This document shows positions 40,073 through 50,527 of a stretch of 64,000 nucleotides of DNA, piece after piece. This DNA is from a virus. The notes below the pieces were generated by a model, which saw only the letters and a program-made list of their open reading frames with translations, searched no databases and was not told where the DNA came from. The position numbers and the translations under genes were made by a program. The first letter of the stretch is position 1. Each line of letters opens with the position of its first letter. The DNA lies in the IMG/VR virus record IMGVR_UViG_640753020_000006; one strand, given 5' to 3'.

Positions 40073-41122
40073 TTAATATACTGTTGCAAAGAATACTTCA
40101 TCTGCCCTGTCAAAGCTAACTATAGGCATTACAGATACCTTGGTGTCCACAGTTACCGGGTCTTCTTTAACCATTGTAGTAACTGCAATTCCTGTATCAA
40201 CTATATAAGTATCAAGTTTGCTTGATCCACTTTGCTTGTCAAATTCCTCTGGTGTTGTACCGTAGACAGTATTTCCAAGAGTTGTACCACTCATGAGGGT
40301 AATTTTACCGTCTGTATAGTATGGGATTGCCTCCGCCCCTTCTTCTGGAATGTAGGTAGTGTCTTCCAAGAAAATCACTGTCAATCCCAGTCTCTCTTTA
40401 GCAAAATTAATATAATCTTGCTGAGATAAAATCAAAGAAGTATTTAAGTTGCTATTCTTAATATGATTAGTAATTACATTATTAACCAAAAATGTACTAT
40501 CAAATGTCTTTTCGGTTAACAAAAGTACTGTTGGTTTTGCATAATGATCATCCGTTATGGCCTTTTGAAATCTTCTCACATCTCCTACTATATCAGCATC
40601 AGGATTTGTCCATTTATCATCAGCAGTTAATACTTCTCTATGATTTTCAGGAACTCCATAGTCAACTACAATATCACCATTTTTAGAGATAAAATTCAAT
40701 ACCCCATTTTGAATCACGCTGGCTCTCATTTTCTTGGCATTTATGTTTGCTCCATCTACTAAGTTAGCATAGTTTTCAAATACCTGGTCTAACAAAGCAT
40801 TTACAAAGTTTTCGTTATTGGCACCAATTGCATTTTGTAAGTCTCTTCTTGTTGTCTCGTCAATTCCCATACCCTCTTTAAAGAAAGGTATTTCTCTTGA
40901 CTTTACTGTCAAGTCTGCACTTAATGCCCTCATTTTTGTAGCAGCATCAAAAGTACTCATCCTTAAAGCAACTGCTTTTTTCTTAGCACCTTTGGCCATC
41001 TCAAGTTTAGTTCCAGTAACTTTCTTTGCCGGAAACAATACTTTATCAACTGTAGCTTCTGCAGGCAGTTCTTTAACATAAAGGGCAATGTTTTTTGAGT
41101 TTATATAATCACTTAAGTTCAT
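40073..41122 (-). CDS. Major capsid protein (phage capsid E-like family)
   Basis: LFPAKK, S.D, PFFKE, W...DAD.V.D, G.T.YG.TPEE. Confidence 0.9.
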   Translation of the reverse strand: MNLSDYINSKNIALYVKELPAEATVDKVLFPAKKVTGTKLEMAKGAKKKAVALRMSTFDAATKMRALSADLTVKSREIPFFKEGMGIDETTRRDLQNAIGANNENFVNALLDQVFENYANLVDGANINAKKMRASVIQNGVLNFISKNGDIVVDYGVPENHREVLTADDKWTNPDADIVGDVRRFQKAITDDHYAKPTVLLLTEKTFDSTFLVNNVITNHIKNSNLNTSLILSQQDYINFAKERLGLTVIFLEDTTYIPEEGAEAIPYYTDGKITLMSGTTLGNTVYGTTPEEFDKQSGSSKLDTYIVDTGIAVTTMVKEDPVTVDTKVSVMPIVSFDRADEVFFATVY

Positions 41123-41139
41123 GTCCTAAATTCCTCCTT

Positions 41140-41532
41140 CTATTCTCCAAAGATAATTAGTTTTAATGCAGCTTTTTCTACAGCCTTAATGGCATCATCT
41201 GCATTAAATTTAACTGCTGATTCATATAGAGCTCCATGCACAAATATCGGTACTACTTCTGTAGCATCATCTGCGTTTGCTGTAGGTGACATAGAGCCTT
41301 TAAAGCTGACATCCTGATACACCACTCCCCATGCATCTGTAGTTGTGGTAGTTGAAGTTACCGGCTTTCCATCTTCAGTTATTAGAGTTCCAGCTAATAG
41401 TACCTCATTGGAATCTAATAATGTTTTCACATCACCTTTTCTTATTTTTAATGGAAGCGATATAAAATGATCCCCTGCAATTAATCTTAACTTGTTTTGT
41501 TTTGCACCTAATGTATAACTTGATTGCCTCAT
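41140..41532 (-). CDS. Head decoration-like protein
   Basis: AGTL, G.VY.DV, V.HG pattern before the capsid gene. Confidence 0.7.
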   Translation of the reverse strand: MRQSSYTLGAKQNKLRLIAGDHFISLPLKIRKGDVKTLLDSNEVLLAGTLITEDGKPVTSTTTTTDAWGVVYQDVSFKGSMSPTANADDATEVVPIFVHGALYESAVKFNADDAIKAVEKAALKLIIFGE

Positions 41533-41554
41533 TATATTTCACATCTCCTTTTTA

Positions 41555-42160
41555 TTATTTAGCAAAATCTTGTAATCCCTTTGCCTTTAAAATCTCTGCT
41601 TTTCTTTTGCCCAACTCTGTTGCAAAATTGGTTACATCACCTGGTTTCGAATCTCCACCTCCAGTGTCAAAAGAACTGGTACCATTAATTTGTTTCTCAA
41701 ATAAATACTCATGGGACTTCTGAAGTGGTTCTATCTGTTCCTTAATGCCTATGATGTTATCTCCATCAACCTTAAGCTTGTCTTTATCAATAAGTGCCAT
41801 AACTAACTTCTTATCTTTAACGCTATAGGTATCCAAGCTTTTCTCCAAAGCATTATTAAAAATTGTATCTGCCAGTTGTTTCTCAAGGGTTTCCTTCTGA
41901 GTTTTATTAATAGCTTCCAATTCAGTAACCTTGGCTTCTAACCCATCAACATTTTTGTACTGTTCCTTTAGGTCTGAAATTTGCTTATCTCTCTCTCCTA
42001 CCTGTTTCTTATATTCTTTAGCCTGACTATCCACTTGGTCAAACTTAGATTTTGGCACATAGTCAGTACTATCTACCAAATCTATGTCTTTGTATTTTTT
42101 CTGGAGATCTTCTGGTATTTGTGTAAATGAATCTCCTAATATTTCACTTAATTTTGGCAT
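41555..42160 (-). CDS. Capsid scaffolding protein (GP20-like)
   Basis: YVPKSKF, AL.D.D.L...DG...G..EQI..L...HEYLF. Confidence 0.85.
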   Translation of the reverse strand: MPKLSEILGDSFTQIPEDLQKKYKDIDLVDSTDYVPKSKFDQVDSQAKEYKKQVGERDKQISDLKEQYKNVDGLEAKVTELEAINKTQKETLEKQLADTIFNNALEKSLDTYSVKDKKLVMALIDKDKLKVDGDNIIGIKEQIEPLQKSHEYLFEKQINGTSSFDTGGGDSKPGDVTNFATELGKRKAEILKAKGLQDFAK

Positions 42161-42209
42161 TATTTTAATCCTCCTTGTTTTTCTCTATTAAATGAGTAAC
42201 TTTACCCAT

Positions 42210-42398
42210 TTAAACTTTCCACTTAATTTTTAGTAAATCAAATTTTAATTTATATAGTCCAGCAACTATATTTAAATATTCAATTGGCTTTATGTCCTCA
42301 TTATCCAGATATTCATCTGCCAACGATTTTAAATATGCCAGGTTTTCTATTTGTTGATCTAACTCGGTATTTATTTTATCTTTGTCCATTAGTTCCAC
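42210..42398 (-). CDS. Hypothetical protein
   Basis: ORF track; RBS GGGAG. Confidence 0.5.
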   Translation of the reverse strand: MELMDKDKINTELDQQIENLAYLKSLADEYLDNEDIKPIEYLNIVAGLYKLKFDLLKIKWKV

Positions 42399-42447
42399 TC
42401 CTTACTGTTTGCAAAATAAAAAAGCCTTGATTAAGACTCATGTTTTC

Positions 42448-42714
42448 TCAATTTTGGTTTTCAAATAATTCTACAAGATCTCTTCCATCCATTATCAATG
42501 AAGTATACAAATAAAAAGCACCTATGAATATATGAAGTATAGGTACTGCTCCCATAAGTATGAATCTAATGATATTATATTTCCACTCTTTATTAGATTC
42601 ATTATTTTTAGTATTGTTCTTTACAATTTTATCTTCAATAATTAAACACCTTACAACTGTTAATATCATGCTCAAGTAACAAATTAACGCTATAATTACA
42701 TATATCTTAAACAC
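42448..42714 (-). CDS. Small membrane protein
   Basis: Two hydrophobic helices; RBS AGGTG. Confidence 0.6.
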   Translation of the reverse strand: MFKIYVIIALICYLSMILTVVRCLIIEDKIVKNNTKNNESNKEWKYNIIRFILMGAVPILHIFIGAFYLYTSLIMDGRDLVELFENQN

Positions 42715-42723
42715 TTATCTCAC

Positions 42724-43146
42724 CTACTTTTTAATATCTTGTAGTGTCTTTCTAAACTCTGTAACAAATTTATTAGTAGCTTTATCGACTAAATCATCTA
42801 CTGCTATATCATCATCTATTTTTATACCAATACCTATAGTATTCTGAATTGACTTTTCATTGAATACATTTGGGTTATCTTTAATGAAGGCATAAATTCC
42901 TGCTTCTAAATCATAAATCTGCTTATGTTCTAAATTAATCATGTATACATCATTTAATTGTTCTATTATCTCATGTATAAAAGTAGATTCTTTTACAGGC
43001 CGAGGTAAAGATTTTTCCAATGTAATTGTTAAATCATTATTGCAACTTTCTCCTTGATTTCTCCTGTCACGACATAAATTTTCTATTTCTAAAACCTCGT
43101 ATATAAATCCTCCAATTTTAACTTTACCAGGTATATTCAAAAACAA
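42724..43146 (-). CDS. Zincin-like phage protein (HEIIE) with a tape-measure-like C-terminal peptide
   Basis: IP.KVKIGG..YEV, T.IHEI motif; last 18 aa 13/18 identical to the TMP end. Confidence 0.75.
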   Translation of the reverse strand: MFLNIPGKVKIGGFIYEVLEIENLCRDRRNQGESCNNDLTITLEKSLPRPVKESTFIHEIIEQLNDVYMINLEHKQIYDLEAGIYAFIKDNPNVFNEKSIQNTIGIGIKIDDDIAVDDLVDKATNKFVTEFRKTLQDIKK

Positions 43147-43216
43147 TCCCTCCTTATTTTAAACATAATAAAAAGCCTTATTTCTAAGACTTAAATCCTA
43201 CTTGTTTATTTTCACC

Positions 43217-43432
43217 TCACTTACTAATGAATATAGCTTCAATTCTATTCAGATTTAAAAACACAGCTCCTTCATTATCTCTAAATGAATGGATTCTATC
43301 TCTATTGAATATCCTTATTTTATTCCTAGTATATAAAAAATCACATTCCAGTGTTCTCAAAGTACTCTCATTAGCAATTCCTCGTATGGTTTCACCACTT
43401 TTTAACCAAATTATATAATTTTTCATTTTCAT
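43217..43432 (-). CDS. Hypothetical protein
   Basis: RBS GGGAGG; ORF track. Confidence 0.6.
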   Translation of the reverse strand: MKMKNYIIWLKSGETIRGIANESTLRTLECDFLYTRNKIRIFNRDRIHSFRDNEGAVFLNLNRIEAIFISK

Positions 43433-43490
43433 CCTCCCTTAATTTTAAGCACAATAAAAGCACCTACTATTTTCACTTAGTAAGTGCTTT

Positions 43491-43802
43491 TTAAATCGTA
43501 ACAATTACTTCTGTATTAAATTCTTTTTCCAATTGTTTTAACCTACTTAGAAATTCGTCTTTATAAAAATATATGTTATAGTAATAATAGCCAATATAAT
43601 CATCTGTATCTTCTTCATTAAGAAGTCCAGTATACTCGAAAACAATGGATTGCTTATCTCTTTTTAACCAGTCATTGACTTCATTAACTATTAACACATC
43701 TTTAGTCTCAACTTTTAATATTTTTACTGCTGCTCTTATCAATTCATCATCTGCTAATTTTCTTTTACTAAAAAGTTCTCTACTATCCATCATTCCCTTC
43801 AC
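43491..43802 (-). CDS. Putative immunity protein
   Basis: Small acidic/aromatic ORF overlapping the MuF stop. Confidence 0.5.
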   Translation of the reverse strand: MKGMMDSRELFSKRKLADDELIRAAVKILKVETKDVLIVNEVNDWLKRDKQSIVFEYTGLLNEEDTDDYIGYYYYNIYFYKDEFLSRLKQLEKEFNTEVIVTI

Positions 43803-45198
43803 CTGCCTTCAAAATGTTTGATATTTTTTGGATTATTTCTTCTGTGGTCCCCATTCTCATTAAAAATTCTCTAAGTCTCGGGTTTTTACTTTCAGTTTTC
43901 ATCTTAATTAATATTTTATATTCATTCCTGTCTAATGTTATGAAACCATCACCACTTATAGGATAAAATCTATCACCATGATAGCCATATACTCTTCCGT
44001 TAACTTCAAAGGTATCATTTACTTTATTATACAGTCCTTTCTTTATATCTTCAATATCTTTATTGTAATCAACATATGGAAGTATTATTGTGGTCTTATC
44101 CTTTGGATTAGAATTTCTACCTATTGATTGAAGTCTGTGTCTCTTAGCCAGTGGAGGTTTATAATTTTGTATTTTCTCCAGTTCGTCAGAATCAACAGTG
44201 GACTTTCCTTCCCTAACTTCTATATCAATTGTTCCGGTATCAGTATTATAATTACTCTTGGTTTGAATACCAGGATACTTTTTACTATCAACCCATTCAT
44301 CTATATTAGATTTAATTTCAGGACTAACTTTATCTTTACTCCAGTCTTTCATAGTTTCAATACATTTGTCTATTTCCTCAATAACTTCCGTCATATAACA
44401 TAAACAATTTGGGTGCTGTAGTGGTAGATTCTCAGGTTTAAATACTTTGCCATCATAAAAGTCACATATATCGGTTTTTCCATGCATACGTAAAAAATGA
44501 CTGGCACTCAAATTCCACTTAAGCCCCTTGCAGAATGGATTCTTTATTGCATTTTGTATTAATGTCTCTGTTTGTGCATGTGTAATTGAGGTTCTGGCCA
44601 ACCTTTGAGCCTGGTAAGATATTTTATTTGTTATTCCAGCTTTAAAACTTTTAGCTGTAATCCTATTTTTAGGATTAACATATTTATCTAACTCTGCAGC
44701 AAGCTCCTTAACATTTGCACCTTTGGCTATATTGGCCTTTATAATCATGTCAACCTTACTGCCATTGTCACCAGTTATATTCCATAATCTTCTACTTAAT
44801 GTCTTACCATCTTTATAATAATTTCCTGCTATAAGCTGCCTTACAGTATCACTTGACACCTTGGTTATAGTCCTCTTTAAAGCTTTATTTGTGGCTTCAT
44901 CAGGTGAAATCATATCTACAAAGCTAAGCTGTACGCCTTTTTGTATGTCAGAACTTTTTCGGATATTATTTTCAATTGTTTTACTGAGCTTATAATAAAG
45001 CTCTGCCCTGTACTCATTAATTATTTTATATTGTTCTGTTTTATGATTTCTAGTCCTGGAATCTGGCATGCTTAAGATTTCATCTATAAGTTTATCCCCT
45101 GCATTTTTATAAATATTAAAAAGTTCTTTTTCCTGCTGAAAATTCAGGGCAATAAATTCTTTTCTTGCATGGAGAACTCTTTTTTCATATTCATTCAT
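43783..45198 (-). CDS. MuF/SPP1 gp7 minor head protein with C-terminal extension
   Basis: RLARTSITHA, W.LS.SH, CD..DG..F....PL.HPNC.C; then about 170 extra aa. Confidence 0.85.
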   Translation of the reverse strand: MNEYEKRVLHARKEFIALNFQQEKELFNIYKNAGDKLIDEILSMPDSRTRNHKTEQYKIINEYRAELYYKLSKTIENNIRKSSDIQKGVQLSFVDMISPDEATNKALKRTITKVSSDTVRQLIAGNYYKDGKTLSRRLWNITGDNGSKVDMIIKANIAKGANVKELAAELDKYVNPKNRITAKSFKAGITNKISYQAQRLARTSITHAQTETLIQNAIKNPFCKGLKWNLSASHFLRMHGKTDICDFYDGKVFKPENLPLQHPNCLCYMTEVIEEIDKCIETMKDWSKDKVSPEIKSNIDEWVDSKKYPGIQTKSNYNTDTGTIDIEVREGKSTVDSDELEKIQNYKPPLAKRHRLQSIGRNSNPKDKTTIILPYVDYNKDIEDIKKGLYNKVNDTFEVNGRVYGYHGDRFYPISGDGFITLDRNEYKILIKMKTESKNPRLREFLMRMGTTEEIIQKISNILKAGEGNDG

Positions 45199-45200
45199 AA

Positions 45201-46724
45201 CTATTCACCAGTGTTTAAATTATTATCAACATTATTATTCAATTCATTATTCAATCCTTCAGTAAATGAATCCTCTGCATTACTCAACTGTGTTTTCTCC
45301 TCAAGTATCTCACTAAAAGCTTTTTCATCATCTTCCTCGTCACTGAATTCCTTAATATATGATTTCCTCGACCTTACGTCAGCTTCAACCTCTGAAATGG
45401 CAGTCTTTTTCTTTTCATCATCATCAGAAGGGAGAGGGTAATTATGCTTGAAGATGGTTGTATACTTTATACTCAACCATTCAAAGTTAAATATGCCCTT
45501 ATAACATACTGGAGCTACTTCAATAATAAAATTGATTAATGCTAATAAGGGCCTTTCCCAGTCATTCCATTTTTCCTCACACCTAGCTATCAAATCATTG
45601 TAAAGATAAATCATAGCCTTAGCAGAGGGAATATTGTTTAAATCCGATAATTTAGGCATATCCAGTGCAAAATTCATATCCCTTTCTGTCCTGTCCAGGT
45701 AAGCTTCTATTGCATCAGAATTTCCTATATTGTATTCCATTCTTTGAACTGCAGCTTGTTTTCCACTTTCTAAGAGTTCATCTCTGGTTTTTACTGCATG
45801 GAGTGCATTAGGAGCTATAGTAAATTTATTTACATCATCTTCATCACCATCAATCACAACCTCCGAACCAAATAGTTGAAACCTCAATGCATCTGCAAAA
45901 TCAGATATTCTCCTATTATATTGGTTCTGGGCATCTTCTAGTTCAGTAACATCACTTTCACCAAAGGAATCATTGAGTTCTCCACCATTTTTAATAAGCC
46001 AACAGGGTATAGCAGTAAATCCAGTGTCAATATCTATTGTAAGTCCTTCCTGCAGGTCTGTATTTTTATAGGTTTCTTTCTTATACCACGCCTGCCTTTC
46101 TTTTGAATTTTCATTGACTTTATAGTAATAAGTATGAAGGTAGTAAATCTTATCTGCATCAGCTTCCCTGTATACATTAAGTTCATCCTCTTCAAAGAAC
46201 ACAACCTTTAATAAAACTCCATTCTTTTCTTTATAATAAAAATTTTCTATAGTTTCATACTTAAGTACTAAAGGTTGTCCAGGGTTGGCTTCTGCTCTAA
46301 GCAGTACCCTCTTTTTTACGGTAGATTCTAAAAAAGCCTTTCTTGTATTATTCCAAAAATTATTACTTTCAAAAATATCCTCTACAAATTTTCTTAAATC
46401 CTCACACTTATCCTTGTCTTTAAAGTCATCTGGTTTAAATATTAGGGTAGGCTCCTTCCCAAACATCCACCTTGCCTGTTTTTTAAGAAGAGGCTTAACC
46501 TTATTTCTTATATCTTGAGTAGGTTTATAATCGCAATTATCATCTGTCGGCCAGTTCTGACCATATAATATAGGATCATTCTTAGCTCTCTCAAAATCTA
46601 TAGATTTTCCTTTATAAAAGATATAATCTCTTCTTACTTTCCTTCTCTCTTCTATTTCATTGTCGGGCAGATTTAGCAAAGTATCTCTTATTGTCCTTGC
46701 TTGTCTTTCTTCGCTGCTTTCCAC
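45201..46724 (-). CDS. Portal protein, SPP1 gp6-like
   Basis: 507 aa after terL; GESD...L.D.Q..YN, SAKAM...Y..L. Confidence 0.88.
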   Translation of the reverse strand: MESSEERQARTIRDTLLNLPDNEIEERRKVRRDYIFYKGKSIDFERAKNDPILYGQNWPTDDNCDYKPTQDIRNKVKPLLKKQARWMFGKEPTLIFKPDDFKDKDKCEDLRKFVEDIFESNNFWNNTRKAFLESTVKKRVLLRAEANPGQPLVLKYETIENFYYKEKNGVLLKVVFFEEDELNVYREADADKIYYLHTYYYKVNENSKERQAWYKKETYKNTDLQEGLTIDIDTGFTAIPCWLIKNGGELNDSFGESDVTELEDAQNQYNRRISDFADALRFQLFGSEVVIDGDEDDVNKFTIAPNALHAVKTRDELLESGKQAAVQRMEYNIGNSDAIEAYLDRTERDMNFALDMPKLSDLNNIPSAKAMIYLYNDLIARCEEKWNDWERPLLALINFIIEVAPVCYKGIFNFEWLSIKYTTIFKHNYPLPSDDDEKKKTAISEVEADVRSRKSYIKEFSDEEDDEKAFSEILEEKTQLSNAEDSFTEGLNNELNNNVDNNLNTGE

Positions 46725-48076
46725 TAAAATACCGAACCTCCTTTCCTATTGTAAGGGTCTGTGGATGTATTTTTAATAACACCTTTTCCTTTTTCATAAA
46801 CACTATTTGCATATTTTTGTTCTTTAATATCAGCAACCTCATATCCATCAAGGCCATACCAAATAGCACTAAAAGTATGAGGATCTATGTTAAATTCATC
46901 TTCTATAATTTCACCATTTTTATCTACTGCATAAGTCAAATCCTTTAATTCATCTACGGTATTAATACAATCCTCTGAACATATAATTTTCTTGAATCTT
47001 TTAACCTTCTTGGTATTCTGCAGCCTTGACCCTGGAAACTTTTTAGCTCTTCTAATGTTGAACCCTTGTTGATTGAAATACTTGATTGTTTTAGGTTCTG
47101 CACCATCAGCACGAATAAGTTCTTGAGTACTTTTAAATTCAGCTATTTCAATGGCAGTTCTATCGTCTGTCATTTGATTTTTGTAATATTCCCAATAGAT
47201 ATAAAGTATCTTTTCTTTATCATCTACAGCTAGCCTTAATAGAGCATTATAAGAATCTTCAAAACCAAAGTCGAACCCAACTCTTTTAATCGGATTCTTT
47301 ATATTCCCTATAGCTTGAAGCACCTCATAGTGTGGCCTAGCTTCAAACTGAGGGAGTACCCTCCTACCATTTATACCGAATCTGCCTTTTCTGGCTATCC
47401 TATATAAATCAATATCATAAGTTTTTAATTCTTCTAACTGCTCTATATAACTTTTGGGCAAAAATAAATTATCATCTGCCAGTGAGTGATGATAATAAGT
47501 GTTATTTCTTACAACTATTCTTTTTTTGTAAAGCTCCTCATCATCAAGTATGAATGTTTTTTTCTTTTCATTTTTAAAGAAGTGCTTGTATGTCCAGTTA
47601 TCCTTACTTACAGGATTAGTTGAAAGTATCATATGCAATGATAAGCTTGGATGTCTTAAACGTCCTAAAAGTTCTTTGAATCCTTCATATTTCACCTCTG
47701 AACATTCCTCAATCCATACTATAGAAACATTGTTTATAGACTTTAGCTTTGAAGGTTTATCCATACCTTTAAATATTATTTTGGAGCCATTAGGAAACCT
47801 AACCTGCATTGGTGAAGCTGTAAATTTAATTCTAGTGTCAAGTCCCATGTCTATTACTATTTCCTCTAAAAGTGAATAGCAGCTATCCCTTATAGTATCA
47901 AATACTTCTCTAACTACTAAGGCAGTTCTTTTTTCCTGTAATAATTTAAGGATTAGCTTTAAGGCCACATGATAACTCTTGGAACTTCCATACCCTCCAA
48001 CTAAAAAGTAGAATTTATGGTCCCAATCAAAAATAAAATCTTCAAAACTGGGATTTACCTCTTTTTCTATAAGCAT
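46724..48076 (-). CDS. Terminase large subunit, PBSX family
   Basis: [28 protein letters not shown]. Confidence 0.95.
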   Translation of the reverse strand: MLIEKEVNPSFEDFIFDWDHKFYFLVGGYGSSKSYHVALKLILKLLQEKRTALVVREVFDTIRDSCYSLLEEIVIDMGLDTRIKFTASPMQVRFPNGSKIIFKGMDKPSKLKSINNVSIVWIEECSEVKYEGFKELLGRLRHPSLSLHMILSTNPVSKDNWTYKHFFKNEKKKTFILDDEELYKKRIVVRNNTYYHHSLADDNLFLPKSYIEQLEELKTYDIDLYRIARKGRFGINGRRVLPQFEARPHYEVLQAIGNIKNPIKRVGFDFGFEDSYNALLRLAVDDKEKILYIYWEYYKNQMTDDRTAIEIAEFKSTQELIRADGAEPKTIKYFNQQGFNIRRAKKFPGSRLQNTKKVKRFKKIICSEDCINTVDELKDLTYAVDKNGEIIEDEFNIDPHTFSAIWYGLDGYEVADIKEQKYANSVYEKGKGVIKNTSTDPYNRKGGSVF

Positions 48077-48930
48077 TATTCATCACTTTTTCTTTTTATC
48101 ATTATTTCTATAGGTTTGTTATCGTCAGGACTTTTAACCTTCTCAATCTCAGCTCTAAGTTTTTCCATCCTCAACCTCTGTTCTTCAGTAGCCATATCCA
48201 TATGCTTTGACAGCCAGTCAAGGGCTTTCATGGCATCATGGAGTTTTATACTTACGCCATCCTTGCCCTGCTTAACTTCACTTATTAAGGAGCCATCTAC
48301 CTCACTGGATTCTTTGAAATCAACATAACTGTATTGATATTCTATTTTATTGCCTTCATTATCCAATAGAGGCTCTCCTGTTTTTTTATCTCTTATAGTC
48401 ATAGTTTTTTGTCCAAATGAAACATAGTCGGTCATATTACTAAAAGCTATATCCATATACTTCTGGAATATATCATCTGGACTTAGCATTGCTCTGTTAA
48501 GTTTGCCTTGTTTTAACTTTTGTATTTCTTCTTTTATACAAGCATTTACAAGCAATCGAGGTCCATTGGTATTAGCTGTTATATAATCACATCCATATGC
48601 TTTCTGATAGGCTTTAGTGGCATTAAATCGCTTGGAATAATAAATACAAAAAAGCCTTTGTTTATCAGTAAGTTCAGGATTATTTAATACCTCCTCAACT
48701 TCCTCAAACATAGGCTCAACTTTCTTCTCTGCAACTTCTTTTTTGGTTGCAACCTTTTTATTTTGGTTTTTTGTTTTGGTTGCAACCTTTTTCCATGGTT
48801 GCCCATTATCTTTATCTCTTTTAGCCCAACTTTTTATGGTTCCCTGGCTTATATTAAATTTATCTGCCAGCTGCTTAAAAGTATGCTTTCCAGTTTCATA
48901 CTCTTTTCTTACGACTTCCTTATCTGCCAT
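48076..48930 (-). CDS. Terminase small subunit with N-terminal HTH
   Basis: [10 protein letters not shown]...[28 protein letters not shown]. Confidence 0.92.
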   Translation of the reverse strand: MADKEVVRKEYETGKHTFKQLADKFNISQGTIKSWAKRDKDNGQPWKKVATKTKNQNKKVATKKEVAEKKVEPMFEEVEEVLNNPELTDKQRLFCIYYSKRFNATKAYQKAYGCDYITANTNGPRLLVNACIKEEIQKLKQGKLNRAMLSPDDIFQKYMDIAFSNMTDYVSFGQKTMTIRDKKTGEPLLDNEGNKIEYQYSYVDFKESSEVDGSLISEVKQGKDGVSIKLHDAMKALDWLSKHMDMATEEQRLRMEKLRAEIEKVKSPDDNKPIEIMIKRKSDE

Positions 48931-48972
48931 CTCTACATTGTCACCACCTGCCTATTCGTTTTGTTTTGGGGA

Positions 48973-49164
48973 TTATTTAATGTGTTGGCCTAACCACATA
49001 CCAAATTTAGCAATACATGATACCGTTATAATTATTATACCTATAAAAAACTTCCCATCCGGAAATGGAAAATAACTACCTTCTAGTTTACTGTTCATTA
49101 TCAATATACCTCCTATAATTAATAACCCTAAAAATATTATAGTTGACAAAGCAATATGCATCAC
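48973..49164 (-). CDS. Small membrane protein
   Basis: Two hydrophobic stretches. Confidence 0.5.
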   Translation of the reverse strand: MMHIALSTIIFLGLLIIGGILIMNSKLEGSYFPFPDGKFFIGIIIITVSCIAKFGMWLGQHIK

Positions 49165-49304
49165 AAATACTCCTCTCCATCTTTCAATTCTTCCAAAATT
49201 TCTCTAAGCAAATCATTGTTTTCATTTTTTATCTTTAAACATTAATTTTTGTACAATTAGCGTTGTTACAATGCTAATAAAAATAACTTGCAATATCTCC
49301 ATTC

Positions 49305-49517
49305 TCACCTCACCCTCCTAACAGCACCCTTAACTCTCCTGTAACACTCATGCCGCATCAATTTTTCAATATCAGAAAAGGAGAGGTATTCACCTCTCTC
49401 TGGTTTATCTTTATTTAGTTTTTTATCCTGATTAAGCTTTTCTTTTAAGATTTCTCTTATCTTCATACCTCTCACTTCCTTTGACCTGTAAACTAAATTT
49501 TTATTCCATTTTTTCAA
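49305..49517 (-). CDS. Small conserved phage protein
   Basis: E.LSFSDIE.LMRH..Y.RV.GAVR.V. Confidence 0.6.
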   Translation of the reverse strand: MKKWNKNLVYRSKEVRGMKIREILKEKLNQDKKLNKDKPERGEYLSFSDIEKLMRHECYRRVKGAVRRVR

Positions 49518-49535
49518 TTATTTATATCTTTTCCC

Positions 49536-49564
49536 TTGACACGTCTAATAAGACGTGTTATACT
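49536..49564 (+). promoter_or_regulatory. hicAB promoter with palindromic operator
   Basis: TTGACA-17-TATACT; ACACGTCT-aata-AGACGTGT (49539-49558) overlaps the spacer. Confidence 0.85.
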
Positions 49565-49586
49565 ATAATTGTAGGGAGGGAAATAA

Positions 49587-49778
49587 ATGAAATCTTACTC
49601 ATCAAGGGAAGTAATCAAGATACTTGAATCACATGGATGGTATTTAAAAAGAGTTGTTGGCGACCATCACCAATATACAGACGGTCACAAACTAGCAACA
49701 GTAAGGCATCCAGTTAAAGACTTAGGAATTAAAAACATAAAGAGTATTGAAAAGCAAACAGGGATTAAATTTTCTTAA
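49587..49778 (+). CDS. hicA: HicA family toxin (RNase)
   Basis: SSREVIK.LE..GW...R..GDH.QY, HP.KDL. Confidence 0.92.
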   Translation: MKSYSSREVIKILESHGWYLKRVVGDHHQYTDGHKLATVRHPVKDLGIKNIKSIEKQTGIKFS

Positions 49779-49832
49779 TCCCTCCCTTTTCCCTTGAAAG
49801 TTTAATATATAAAATTTCCATAGGAGGTTGCC

Positions 49833-50237
49833 ATGAAAAAAGATATTTATATTTATCCATCTATAATAACTCAATACAAAGATAATGTAGGTATTACATT
49901 TCCTGATTTACCAGGTTGTGTATCTAATGCACGTACTATAGATGAAGCTATCAAAAATGCTAAAGAAGTTTTAGCTCTGCACTTATTCGGTATGGAGGAA
50001 GATGATATAGAAATCCCTTCTCCTTCACCAATCAATAAAATTAAGCTTGATAAGAATGAAATACTTTTATTGGTTGATGTTTATATGCCACTATATCGTG
50101 AAGCCATACAAAATACTTCTGTTAAAACAACTGTTACTATGCCACAATGGTTAAAATCTTTAGCTGAAAAGAATAATATTAACTTCTCTCAAGTCATACA
50201 GACTGCAATTAAAGAGAAACTTAATATTAATAGTTGA
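49833..50237 (+). CDS. hicB: HicB family antitoxin
   Basis: YP.I, .TFPDLPGC.S, EA...AKE.L.L.L, C-terminal RHH (T.T.P.WL...A....INFSQ). Confidence 0.93.
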   Translation: MKKDIYIYPSIITQYKDNVGITFPDLPGCVSNARTIDEAIKNAKEVLALHLFGMEEDDIEIPSPSPINKIKLDKNEILLLVDVYMPLYREAIQNTSVKTTVTMPQWLKSLAEKNNINFSQVIQTAIKEKLNINS

Positions 50238-50282
50238 ATTTAAGAGATGTGTAAAAACCTACGCATCTCTTTTCAATAAATC

Positions 50283-50462
50283 AAAAGTAAGCACCCAGGT
50301 GACGAGTACTTACTTCTGATAATATTGTTAATCATTATCCAAAAGGAGATTAATTTAACATATAAACTTCTGTCAGTTGCATTTGAGTTTAACGTGCCCC
50401 GCAACTATAAGGCACTGGCTTAAACGCGCATAAGTGGGAACTTAATTCATAAGCCATTCACA
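50283..50462 (-). ncRNA. Putative small RNA copy 1 with H-type pseudoknot (50375-50416)
   Basis: TATAAT 50469-50474, pseudoknot, terminator 50283-50314; paralogous to copy 2. Confidence 0.65.
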
Positions 50463-50527
50463 ATACTTATTATACATAGTATTTGTTACAATCCAATGTC
50501 CTATGTAATAACTATTTGTAAATAATA

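Noticed and set aside
49161-49302. Small membrane ORF upstream of the 48973 gene
   Set aside because: As sequenced it stops after 26 codons at a T6 run; a pseudogene cannot be told from a homopolymer error.
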